This document shows positions 1-11,176 of a DNA stretch of 64,000 nucleotides, piece after piece (positions within the stretch are counted from its first letter, which is position 1; each line of letters opens with the position of its first letter). The translations under genes and the position numbers were made by a program. The DNA comes from Nymphaea colorata (lineage: Eukaryota): NCBI RefSeq assembly GCF_008831285.2, contig NC_045138.2, forward strand, positions 7,626,001 through 7,690,000, read 5' to 3'. The notes under the pieces were generated by a model. The model searched no databases and was not told where the DNA came from. It saw nothing but the letters and a program-made list of their open reading frames with translations.

Positions 1-91
1 ATACGTCTTAAATGGTCTGTAAAACTGATTTTTCAGGGTGGAAAGCTCCCTACCCCAGAGCCTTGTGAAGAAGTTTTCTCTTTTATTGTAG

Positions 92-205
92 TCAGCAATA
101 AAGGCATGGCAGAACACTGCAAAAGTGGATGCAAGGGTCAACTTCTTGTTTGATAAGCAAAAATCACCGCCCGAGAAGCATGCACCAGTTGTGAATGTTG
201 ACAAG
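92..205 (+). CDS. possible internal coding exon of an unidentified gene entering from the left edge
   Basis: ttttattgtAG acceptor at 90-91 and AAG|GTATGC donor at 206 flank 114 bp open in phase 0 (SAIKAWQNTAKVDARVNFLFDKQKSPPEKHAPVVNVDK). A possible next exon follows acAG at 355-432. No family recognised. Confidence 0.3.
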
Positions 206-519
206 GTATGCATACCTTTCTGGTTACCTTTCTTTTTTATTCCCATATATATGGAATTCTACTGGTATATTTGACAGTAGTTGGAGATTATGCTTGGCTT
301 TGAAAAGCAGTTGGACTGATCCTTCTTTTTTTCTCCCGATATCATGTGTCACAGCCTGTGCAAACCTGTTCACTGATTCTCCTTAAAGTGTATGGACATG
401 CAGCTATTTGGTTTAACAAGCATAATGCCTAATGGGCATAAAATATGTGTTTTCATTTATTTATTATATTTGGCTAATATTCAAATTATGAATGTAGATA
501 CATATAAAAAACTTAGCTA

Positions 520-769
520 ATTAATCAAATTACATTTCGAATTAGATTGTATTTAAAAGTTAGATTTGGACCAGATTTGCATATGGCTTAAAAGTCATAA
601 ATCGGATTCGGATGGATTCGAATGTAGATTTTAAAATCAGATACAAATATGGTACAATATTTTTTTATCTGAATTCAAATCCAAGTCCGAATCCGAATAT
701 ATGAATATTCAAAAAATTAGATATGGTAAAAGGTATATCTGATCTGAATCTGATCCGTTGACATTCCTA
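520..769. mobile_element. hAT-type MITE fragment (ATCCGA/TCGGAT-rich family)
   Basis: Ends in ...atccgttgacattccta, matching the right TIR of the elements at 55907-56306 and 57028-57441. Left end not found; start approximate. Confidence 0.6.
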
Positions 770-2504
770 CCCTTATGGGCACTTGCGAACTTCTTCCAAC
801 ATCAGTTCGATTGTTACAGATTGGTCTTTCTATTTATTTCTGAAAGATTTGCAAATGGGGGATGAAACAAAAGATCCCAATAACCTTCCCTCCACCATCT
901 GGCTATGTTCAATCGAACAGCTTTGAGGCCACTTGTGAGATATGTGGATAGCATAAACGTGAAATCTCACGTTCTCTCTCTCTTTCTTTATATATATATA
1001 AACAGGGAGAAAAAGGTGCACTCAGTATTGTACTCCAATACTGAATGTTGAAAATATCCATCATATTTTTCTCTTAATTGTCCATCATATTAGATTGAAA
1101 AATACTGATTAGATGGCTGAGTGACTCAAAAAAACCAAAATCACCATTCAGTGTATATATATATTCCTATGACCCTTTGCCTCTTGTTGAAAGATAAATG
1201 ATCTCTAGGATAATAATTTAGGGTATACTCCAATTTGTTTATTTTTGCTCAATCGTTATATGTAAGACATACATTTACGATTGTTAATTAATTTAGTCAT
1301 TGACCTTAGCCATAGTGAACCCAGATGCATGAATTTTCGTGCTCTAGTATGGCTAATAACTAAAAGACCCTTAGTTTACCCTTAAAAAAACTTTTTGTAA
1401 AATGACAAAAAAAAATGAAAAAATAAAGACTAGAAGATATTTTTAATAAATTACCAAAATATCCTTCCCTCTTTCACTGTTCTGTGTGCACAGTATACAC
1501 AACTTTCTCTCATCAAAAAGTACCGACATTAACGGATGACAGTAAAAAAGATGGAGCATTTTGGCCATTTTGCAGGCATGCTCTCCTGCTCTCTCGGTTA
1601 CTTCCGAACCCTCGACAAAAGTAGTTCTTTGTCTTTGTTCTATGTTCCAGCTGTAAATTCATTTGTTTTTTGAGCTGATCAATAAAAATAGGAGGCTAGT
1701 TTCGGTTTTAAGCTCATGAAGGGTCAACTTCCTATGCTACAAAAGAGGCACATCAATATACAAGTTGGAGCACCAAGAGACACCACCCTAAAGCACTCAA
1801 AATGAACATATGATATTATGGGGAGATGAAGAGAAGGGTGGGGACTTTGGTTCTCTTGGACAGCATATTGAAATACTCCTCTTACTCACCCTAAAAAAGA
1901 AGGAGGCACAACCTTCAGCAATTAGTTGGTTTTAGAATACTTCCAATGCATGGTGGAGTTTGTTTATGAATTAAGGATCTAACACTTGAAGGATCTAACA
2001 CATACTCCTTATATTCTTATATAGAGAAATTGCGCCCAGCAGGTTTATTTCATACTTTATTTCAGTTCATAGGCAAACCCACTTCTTCAAGACCTAAATA
2101 TTACAACTTTTGATCTACTTGAACATAAAAGATGTTAACCAGGGTCATCAAGATTGGGTGGAATGGGTCAATTCAAATAAAAATGGTAGGAAGGTGATGG
2201 AATACCATGAATCTCGGCTTGGATATTATAAAGGGCCAAATGATGACATTAATTAAGTAACGAATCAAAAGCAGAAAAGCAAGATTTTGAGTATCATAAA
2301 AAACATGCAAAGCACATTAGAGGGAAACTCATTTTAATGCAACATTGACATTCTTGTAGATCATGGGGTTTTCACAATATTAATCAGACCTTATCAGCTT
2401 CATATTTTTTTTGGGTAGCACTTATTCCAGCAAACAAACGAACAAGCAGCAGGGAATACAAGAGGCGACCATAAATACTTCACTTAAAACTATATACTAA
2501 TAGT

Positions 2505-2506
<2 letters not shown>

Positions 2507-2556
<50 letters not shown>
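2507..2556. repeat. (CT)n microsatellite directly after the stop codon of the minus-strand gene
   Basis: Perfect CT run of about 50 bp. Confidence 0.95.
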
Positions 2557-2557
<1 letters not shown>

Positions 2558-2929
2558 ACCAAACACAGCCTCAAAAGACCGCAGGATGTTTGTCCCGTTC
2601 CTATCCATGATGTGGGTAACGACGCCCTGGTAGACCTTGTAATAAAAGCTGGATACGTTCCTGGCCTCGATCAGAAACCGGCGAGTCTCCGCTCCAATTA
2701 GCTGAGAAGCCCAGATCTGCCCCTCCAACACCCTGACAAACACCAAGCCAGTGACGTTGCCTACAGCAAACTGGGCTTCCATGTTGAACTCAAGGGACGT
2801 GCTTGCGTCGGCGACATCCTGCCAGTGTCCCTGAGAAGACGGCAGGAAGGCAGCCATGGCCGTGTATGAGATGCTCCCAAGGAAGAGAAAGAGAAGAGCC
2901 GCCTGGATACAAGCTGGGTGCATGGCCAT
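2555..2929 (-). CDS. secreted cystatin-fold-like protein, atypical (no QxVxG/PW), copy 1
   Basis: Intronless GC-rich 124-aa ORF with good start context (caaccATGG) and a hydrophobic signal-peptide-like N-terminus. It has GxWxxVxD, a LARFAV-like EAQFAV, LVFVRVLEG, YQGVV and a terminal LRSF, in the order seen in intronless phytocystatins. Two paralogues in the window conserve the protein. Confidence 0.8.
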
Positions 2930-2980
2930 GGTTGATCTATTCTTGGCTTCTTTGCTTTCGTTGATCGGTTGAGGTGATCG

Positions 2981-2990
2981 ACTATATATT
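2981..2990 (-). promoter_or_regulatory. candidate TATA box of cystatin-like copy 1
   Basis: AATATATAGT on the minus strand about 55 bp upstream of the ATG; a TATATA is kept at the equivalent place in copy 2 (about 28233-28240). Confidence 0.45.
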
Positions 2991-3212
2991 GGGGCAGTTC
3001 AGAAGGGTGCGTTGTACTCTTAGATGACCACGACATGTTGATCACTTTATGCTTTCCAATTCCAAGGGCTTCACAGATGACAAGCGCCAATCTATGGCTG
3101 CAAAACCGTTGGATTGTTGGTCAACCAAAAATACATTCATGGAGTCAATTGGTGGGAATACCACTCGGCCGGAAAATTGGATGACTTCCTTGTTATATCC
3201 CATCCATTCTAT

Positions 3213-3244
<32 letters not shown>

Positions 3245-3540
3245 AAAAACAAACTGACTGGATGTCCAATACAATATGATAAACAATTAAGAGGAAAAAA
3301 AAAAGTGATGAGTCTTTTTGTCATTTAGTATTAATTTTCATATTTTTTCTCTTTGTTTGTATCTCAACTATTCATATGTTTCAGATGAATGGCTCTCCTT
3401 AAATATTTGGGTAACTCTAGGTAGCTAGAGTCTGTTTTTGACTAATGGGTTTTTCCTTTTAGGAATCAAACTGAGCTATGTATAATGTTCACTCGTTGGA
3501 CAACAACTACTTATCTTGTGAAGATCAATTACATAGCGCT

Positions 3541-3779
3541 GAGTGCACACCTATGTGCACATAACAAATATAAACTCAAAAACCACAAAAAAAGAAAAAA
3601 CAAAAAGCAGGTGGGGGCATTTTAATTTTTTTTATAAAAAAATATGTACATTTTAATCTCTTAATATTTTTAGAATTCCCTTGTTATCCTTCCAAAAGTC
3701 CATCTTTTTTAGTTTAACAAGGGTATTTTAATCATTAGTCATTACATGCTTCTGTGCATGCACGACGGTGTGCACCTAA
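3541..3779. mobile_element. small inverted-repeat element (MITE-like) upstream of cystatin-like copy 1
   Basis: agtgcacacc ... ggtgtgcacct inverted ends around an AT-rich core; homologue at about 28731-28961. Confidence 0.5.
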
Positions 3780-4099
3780 CCAGCTTCGAAGATGAATACC
3801 ACGATGGAGAAACTAAAACAAAAGATAGTATGAACTTTCCAAGCTCTACTGTCTGGCTGCTATGATAATAGATCTATGGGCCACACTGGTCGATGAGAAG
3901 GTGATTGAATGCAAACTTATTTTTTTGGAGACAATCAGAATACAAGGCGTGAGGACTTTCTTTTTATGTTATTCTTATCCAACGTGAACTCTTCGAATCC
4001 TCGGTGAAAGCTGCACGTCATGAACGACTGATCTTTGAAATTATGCCTCATGGAAACTACTACATCGGTAAATTTACGTTGCAGATAATCAAAACCACT

Positions 4100-5895
4100 T
4101 TAGTTATTGCATAAAAGATCTGGTTTTTGTCCTAATGGTCTGGAACCTGCCAATATGGCATATAGAGGGTACGGCAATTTGTTAATAAGAAAAACAATGG
4201 TGATGGGGAGCCTTCTGGTAATCCCCTGTTAGCGATTGTGGCTGCGGAGCAGTCATCAAGGGAAGAAAAGATCATGGAGGATATTCAAGTGCTTGAGGAA
4301 AATTGGGAGCCCCAAAATTATCATTCTGCAAGATGCGTGTCAGAAAATGGTGGAGCCGTTCCGATGGTCGGCTATAGGTTGCCTGGTAAGGTCGCCTGGT
4401 ATGGTTTAGATTAACTACGAAGCAGTTTTCGTAAGCTTTCTTCCCAATGGTTGAACAGAGTCTTTCCTCGTTTCACCATTTTGGAATAAGGAAAGTTACT
4501 GATAAGAGTTCCAAATGAAGAACTAAATATCGTAACGCAACCTCGTTCCTGGTTCGTGCATCGAAAGTGCTTGATGGCCTCAAAATGGCTTCTGGGTGAG
4601 CAAGGGCCGGGCTGCCAGGAACACGATTCTCAGAATGAAGGTAAAGTAAACTGTAACTGAGAACCCAACAGAGATCAGACAAGCCTGCGATCAGTTCTTC
4701 TATGAGCTTCTAGCGTCAGAGGAGGGATTGGGGGGATTTTTCCAATTGCTTTAGAAGGTCTGATAGTGTCAACGGAGGAAAACTTTTTCCTTCTTCAACC
4801 TGCGTCCTTGGAAGAGGTGAGAAGAACTGTTTCTCATCTGACCCAGACAGTGCACCTGGATCAAATGGTTTTCCAACTACTTTCTACCAAGACAATGGCA
4901 TTATGTAGGCAAAGATCTTTTGGACATGATAAACTCCTTCCTTCAATCGGGCATGATTGTGAAAAAGCTTAACAAGGCCCACTTAGTGCCGATTCCTAAG
5001 AAGCAAGTGGCTTGCAAAGTTCAAGATTCCAGGTCAATCACATTATGCAACTCAACCTACAAATTCATATACAAACTATTAGACTTGAGAATGAAGTCTA
5101 TACTTTCCCGGATCGTGGATCAAAGCCAGCGGCTTTCTTGCCTGGTAGAAGGCTGAGTGTCAATGTAATACTCACTCATGAGATTCTTGACTTCCTCAGC
5201 CAATATGCAAGCCCGACCTGCTACCTTAAAATTGATCAGGTGAACTTGTATGACAGGGCTAACTGGTCCTCCTTGCTTGATGCTCTTAAAGCTCTTGGAT
5301 TCTCGGACACGTGGGTAGATAGATTATCAGCTTGTTTCTCCACGGCCTCAGTATCCATCGTGTTAATGGCTCTCATGTGGGTTCTTTGATATGAAAGGAG
5401 ATGTGAGACAAGGGGATCATTTATCCCCATATTTATTTGTCGTTCTCATGGAGGCTTTTGCCCGTTTCCTCACGTATAAAGTATCCAGTGGAAAGCTAAA
5501 AACCCCTTATGTCTCTTTTCTTGGTCCCCACCCACCTAACCTTTCATATGTTGATGATGTTTTTATTCCATCTAAGATTGAGAAGGAATCACTTATGGAA
5601 ACTCGGCAATGTATGGCTGATTTTGAAGGCAAGGTAGGGTTGAAGATTAATCAGGATAAATCGGGTGCCATCCTATTTCACGCAGACCAGCTTCAGAGTG
5701 ATATGATAATTTCCATTTTGAAATGGGAGAAGATCCCCTTGCCCTCCATTTATTTGGGTCTGCCCCTGTTCATTGGGAAGATGAACTACTCAATATATGG
5801 GCGCCTTTGATAATCAAGGTTGAAAACAGGTTAGCAGCTTGGAAAGCGAGAGTCATATTTCATATATGGGGAGACTCTGTCTTCTCAAGCACGTG
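4100..5895 (+). mobile_element. degenerate L1-type LINE, 5' part (ORF1 fragment fused to ORF2 RT)
   Basis: ORF1/DUF4283-like residues (KLLIRVPNEELNIV..W..LMASKW) at about 4300-4597, then RT motifs LVPIPKK, ITLCNSTYK, VRQGDHLSPYLF, YVDD, YLGLPL and GRLCLLKHV, with frameshifts and stops. 5' boundary approximate. Confidence 0.9.
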
Positions 5896-8890
5896 AGGAG
5901 TCGGGTCATAGGTTTCTGGATGACAGGGAAGAGGCATAAACTTTAGGTTTAAGGCAGCTGGTTTGGAACCTAGTGATCATATGGTGAGAGCGAGTGGTGG
6001 AAGAGGTCGGTGGTGGAATCGGGTCGGGAAGGGCAGTTGTAGCTAGGTCGGGGGATGGTGAAGGCAGGAGATCAGTGGCGGGAGTCAGATTAGGAAGACT
6101 AGTTGGTGGACATTGTGATGGAGATAAAGAGGGTGGTTGTGGGAGAATGATCGGTGATGCGGGAGTAGGTAAGGGAATATGTACTTGCACAATGGCTGTA
6201 GGAGGATCAGACGAATTGGTGATTGAGGTTAAAAGGAAAAACTCCTTCATCAAAGATCACACTTCGATCCACCATGATTTTCTGAGTTTGTTTGTCATAG
6301 CACAAGTAACCTTTGTGTTGACTATTGTAGCCCAAGAAAGCACATTTGGCTGAGCGAAACTGTAATTTGTGAGCATTAGAAGGTCGAACACATGGGAAGC
6401 AAGCACAACTAAAAATCTTCATAAATATGTAATCAGGTGGTCGTTCGAATAAAACATGATAGGGCGATTTCATTTTTACAATAGGAGAAGGCATACGATT
6501 AATTTGATAGACTGCTGCAGTGAAAGCAAAATCCCAAAGCTGTTGTGGGACACCGACATGAGCCAAAAGTGTGAGCCCAGTTTCCACTATATGTCTGTGT
6601 TTTCGTTCAACACTGCCATTTTGTTCATGAGTATGAGGACAGGAGATTCTATGTTCAATGTCTTGGTGTTTATATAAGAGTGCAGTGATCGATATTCTCC
6701 ACCTCAATCGCTTTGGAAAGACTTAATTCTGCAACCAACTTGTTTTCAACTTCCTTTTGAAATGTTTGAAAAACAGGCATCACATCTGTTTTATTTCTGA
6801 TAATAAATATCCAAGTGTACCAAGAAAAAACATTCACAAAAGTAACATAATAACGATAACCATGTATTGAATCAACTGGGACAGGTCCCCAAACATAAGA
6901 AATAATCAACTTAAGGGGTGCCTCTACTGTACTTTCAAATGAATGAAAAGGTAAGGTATGACTTTTTCCTAACTGACATGTTTCACAAACTTTATTAGAG
7001 CTTGAACGAAACATAGACAAACCAAACTTAGATAAAATATGACTAACTACTTTCATGCAGGGATGTTCCAACCAATGATGCAAAGTATCTATAGTGGCTC
7101 TTTCTCCTACTAAAGTCGTGGGTATGTATGACGTCTTTTGTAGCTCCACCTGATAAAGTCCACCTTTAGTTTTTCCTTGAAGAACTCACCCAGTCTTGCA
7201 ATCCTTAACAAAACATTTGTCATTGTGAAACTCAAATATTGCATCATTATCTTTAGTAAACTGTTGGACCGAAAACAAGTTTTTTGAAATTGATGGCACA
7301 TGTAAGATTTGATTCATACGAAAATCTGAATTTGCAGCCTTAAAGAAAGAATTTTCAATGGAAGATATGAACAAACCTATCCCATTGCCGATTTTTAGTT
7401 GATCTTTGCCTTTGTAGTCTAAATTTGTTGACAAGTTGTTTAAATCTGCGTTGACATGATGAGTTGTCCCAGAGTCTGGATATCATGCACTATCTATCTC
7501 TTCGGAATAAACTATAGCAGCATTGACCTGTGGTGACTTGCCTTTCAGAAAACGATATTCTTTGCAATGCAGCGCACTGTGACCTGGTTGGCGGCATGCT
7601 TGACAGATGGTGCGGTAGTTTGTAACCATATGACCTGGATTTCCACACCCGTGACAGACTACTGAACGACTTGCTCCAATTCGACCAGAATTCAGGTTTC
7701 TGTTTTCACGGCCATGTCGATTAAATGGCCTGTTTGAGTAAGCTCTGTTTACTTGTTGATTGCCATATGCAATATTAGCAATATGGACTTTGCCTGTTTC
7801 AGGTTCATTTGCTTCACATTGAGCTTCATGAATCAAGAGAAGACTAAGGAGTTCCTCGAGTTCAATTTGTTCAACTTTGGTGTTCAAATAAGTCCTCAAA
7901 GCTCCATACTCATGAGTTGGAAGACCAGCAAGAATGTAAGACATGAGATCGTCATTCTCTACTGGTTTACATGCCAATGCCAACTGATGTGCAATGCCTT
8001 TTACTTTGTGAAAATAAGAGGCAATGGAGTCTATACCTTTTCTTATGGATTCAAGTCGAGCGCGAAGCCTTTGTATCCGGGAACGAGAGTGGGCTGCATA
8101 CTTGCATCTCAAAGCACTCCATACTTCATGAGTCGTCTTCAATCCTACTATTTGACTATGTACAACATCTGTGAGGGAAGAAATAAGCCACCCAAGTAGC
8201 AGCTGATCCATCTTTTCCCATTCTATATATGCAGGATTTAGCGCTGCTTCCTTGTCTTTTCAGCAAGGAGAAATTTTGCAGGACACATATTTGTGCCATT
8301 AGCATATCCCATCAATCCGTAGCTTTTGAGAAGGGGAATGAACTGAGATTCCCATAACAAATAATTGTCTCTAGATAGCTTCACTGCAAGGAAGTGTTGC
8401 AGGCTTGTTGGTGCTGGAAGAACTGAGAAAGTGCTGACCACCTATTGTATTGAAGACATTCCAGCATTGTTTTGAGTTGACATGATCGATATGAGTGAGA
8501 GTAACAGCAATGTTTCAGCAGGAACAAGCCAACAAAAAGGAATACACCAAAAAGGGAGTGACGAAAAAAATTCACTAGTGGGCCGCCAAATCCCAAATTC
8601 CTGAATAGAAATTGAAGAAACAGGGGAAAACAAGGTATTCAGCTTCAGCAGTCGCAGGGAACTTCACAGCAACAGGCAGTCCTTCTAAAATTCACAATTC
8701 TTCAATGTCTGCTTCAAAAAATCTGAAAATTGGTGGAAATGTTCTTCAAAAGTAGACGATTTCAAAATGCCCATGTTCGACCTTCACAGCCGATGAAGTT
8801 GACAATGCCAGCAAAAAAACAAAACACGACAGGTTTCAAGCAGGTGGGTGCTCTGTTCTGCGATTACTCAATGCAACCTGTTTGCCTGAA

Positions 8891-8902
8891 GCTCTGATAC
8901 CA
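8891..8902 (-). other. primer binding site complementary to tRNA-iMet
   Basis: TGGTATCAGAGC on the minus strand adjacent to the LTR. Confidence 0.9.
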
Positions 8903-9280
8903 TAACAGAAACTATAAATTCTCGAGGTATAGAGAACAAAATTTTAGGCAAAAATGTTTAACATGGTTCAACTCTTGTAGAGTCAACATGCACGGCCAAA
9001 GGCTAATACTCTCTCAATCTCTCATCCATTACCGTGAGATTGAGAGGTTCTATTTATAGTGATTTTATAGTTTACAAGCTCTTTATCCACTAATTTTACA
9101 TATGCAGATTTTGTAGGGATTGAGTTTCCCTTGAGCTGATCCTTTCCTTTGATGGTGGCTTGATCAGTATCTCCTTGATCTTCTCGTGTGATAGACATAT
9201 CCATATCTCCTTGATCTTCTCGTGTGATAGACATATCCATATCTCCTTGATCTTCTCGTGTGATAGACATATCCTTAACA
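8903..9280 (-). repeat. 5' LTR of the Copia element, with about three 36-bp tandem repeats
   Basis: Starts TGTTAAGG on the minus strand and ends in TA rather than CA at the PBS. CTATAAATA box at about 9051-9059. The unit atctccttgatcttctcgtgtgatagacatatccat repeats over about 9168-9274. Confidence 0.85.
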
Positions 9281-11002
9281 CTGCGCTAGCATTTGTTTCC
9301 TTCCTTCAGTTGTCTATGCCAAACTCAATAGTAGGATGGCTGCCTTCCTTTGGGGTGATGTGGACCAAGGGACGAGGCCTTACTACATAGGCTGGGGGCC
9401 AAGTCTGCAAACTTGTTTAAGAAGGAGGAACATGTATGAAACTGATTGAGGAAGTTAATTTGTCCAAGTTAGCTATTTTTGCTCTTCATGTCTGTCAAAT
9501 CCAATGGATGGCCAAGGTTGATTGCCAATAAATTTCTTAAATGGAGAAGACTATGGACCACGCAGAAGAAAAATAGAGATTCCTGGTTCTTCACAAGCCC
9601 TGTATGCGGCTGGAAACATATTTACAGCGTCACTAAATGGAGTTCTGGTGAGGGAATCATAAGCTTTTGGCAGGACAATTGGTCTAGTAGTTGCTTGATA
9701 AACCAACTCATTCTTTATGAAATTGGGATCTTGGAAATCTGGTTTCAGACTTATCGTGTCTAACATTATTCTCTCCCCTGACTTCAATGTTTTTCTTAGG
9801 TGTATGAGAGTGGAAAGACATTGCATCAGTAACAAGGCTGACTGCTTATGCTTCAAAAATACCCTTGTTCAAGATCTAAACTCTCATGATATTTGGAAGC
9901 ACATCAGACGTAAAAGGCAACAGGAAAAATGGAGAGAATGAGTCTGGTATGCACAAACAAACCCACGTGCCCAATGCAATTTGGCATGCGAGGTAGATTT
10001 TCTGTTCTAGATAAGCTTCAATGAAAGGGCATCCAATTGGCCAATCACTGTTTTATCTGTAGAGAGGCTGAAGTATTTTTTGACCAGCTGCTGTTCCAAT
10101 GTAAGTTTGCTGCCAAGAAATAGGACTTAGCAAGGAAAAAATTCCACAAGAGAAATCAGCTACATCACAATGTTGTTAGAAAAATAAAAATAAAAATGGT
10201 TCTATGCTAGTTTCAAAAGGGGATGAGTTTGAAGGTGCTGGAATTTTTGTTTTGGGATGATTATATCATTTGGTCACTCAGAAATCCCATAGTTCATGAA
10301 AAGGAGGAATTTAACTTTAACATTGAGGTGCAGAAGATTTGGATATATAGTGAAGACAATTGGATTGCTGTGGCTTCTAAAGAATATGAACATATTTATC
10401 TTCGAATCTGGGCAAGGACGAGATGTTTGGCTGGCAGTTGGCCTTGCCTTCAGCCAAACTAAGTGTGCATTCAAATTGTTTCTCACAGCAACCCAAACAA
10501 AAAAATTTGCTGCTTATGGTATGAAGAGACAATGAGAAGTTTTCTTTAGCAGTGGGTTACATAAGTTTGTTGGATATAACCTAACTCCAGAAATTGGCTT
10601 ACTTCTCTGGACACTAAGATTTGTTGGAATGGAGCTGATCTCTTGGATTGTTCACAACTCCAACCAAAAGAGATGACTCAGTGGGCTGGGTGATTGTTTT
10701 GAAGGCAGAACGGTTTTTGCTTTAGAGTTTAGTATATTGTCTCCCTTATACCCCAAGGTTCATTTCTCATTTAAAGATCCTATGCCGGACATTGCAACAA
10801 TCCTGCTCAAGGTGCTTTAAGGCTTTGTTTTGGTTTAGTTTTTTCCCTGGTGGAACTGGCCTCAATGTTCCTCTGTATAGCATTTTGGTTTTCTTTTTTC
10901 TTTTTTGTTGAGCAGATTTTGATTATTTAATTCAACTGGAGCGATACCTCCATTAGGATTGTTTCTTCTTCTTCTTCTCCATCTTGCAGCTTGCTAAAAA
11001 AA
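9281..11002 (+). mobile_element. degenerate L1-type LINE, 3' part (post-RT region, zf-RVT, A-tail)
   Basis: ISFWQDNW, then DKLQ*KGIQLANHCFICREAE..LLFQC (zf-RVT-like). A short A run at about 10995-11002. It resumes the LINE sequence interrupted at 5895. Confidence 0.8.
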
Positions 11003-11176
11003 TATTGTTTTTTCTCAAAAGAAATAAACAAACAAGAAATTTATGATTAGACGATCCCCACCATTTGACCAAGACACTTTGATCCTCTTATCAAAATGTC
11101 TGATCCCTACATAGTTATAAACTTGAACAAGACTGGTGGGGACCTCTAGACCCGGCTTGACAAATTCACGCCCGAG

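Larger units (their letters stand above)
5896..9280 (-). mobile_element. 3'-truncated Ty1/Copia retrotransposon (RE1/Ale-like) nested in the LINE
   Basis: 5' LTR, PBS, gag (KLSRDNYLLW, DQLLLGWLISSLT, CCHC knuckles), protease (*YPDSGTTHH), GAG-pre-integrase (HHWLEHP..CETC) and integrase (EQNGSVERKHRHIVETG) are present. It stops after HHMITR..KPK with no RT, RNase H or 3' LTR. Confidence 0.92.

Noticed and set aside
5906..6353. Pro/Ser-rich and Gly-rich ORFs
   Set aside because: The integrase-RT linker of the Copia and its antisense frame.
9022..9281. Repetitive ORFs (MSITREDQGDMD)n and 36-bp direct repeats that might suggest a CRISPR array
   Set aside because: Contiguous repeats without spacers, inside a Copia LTR of a eukaryote.
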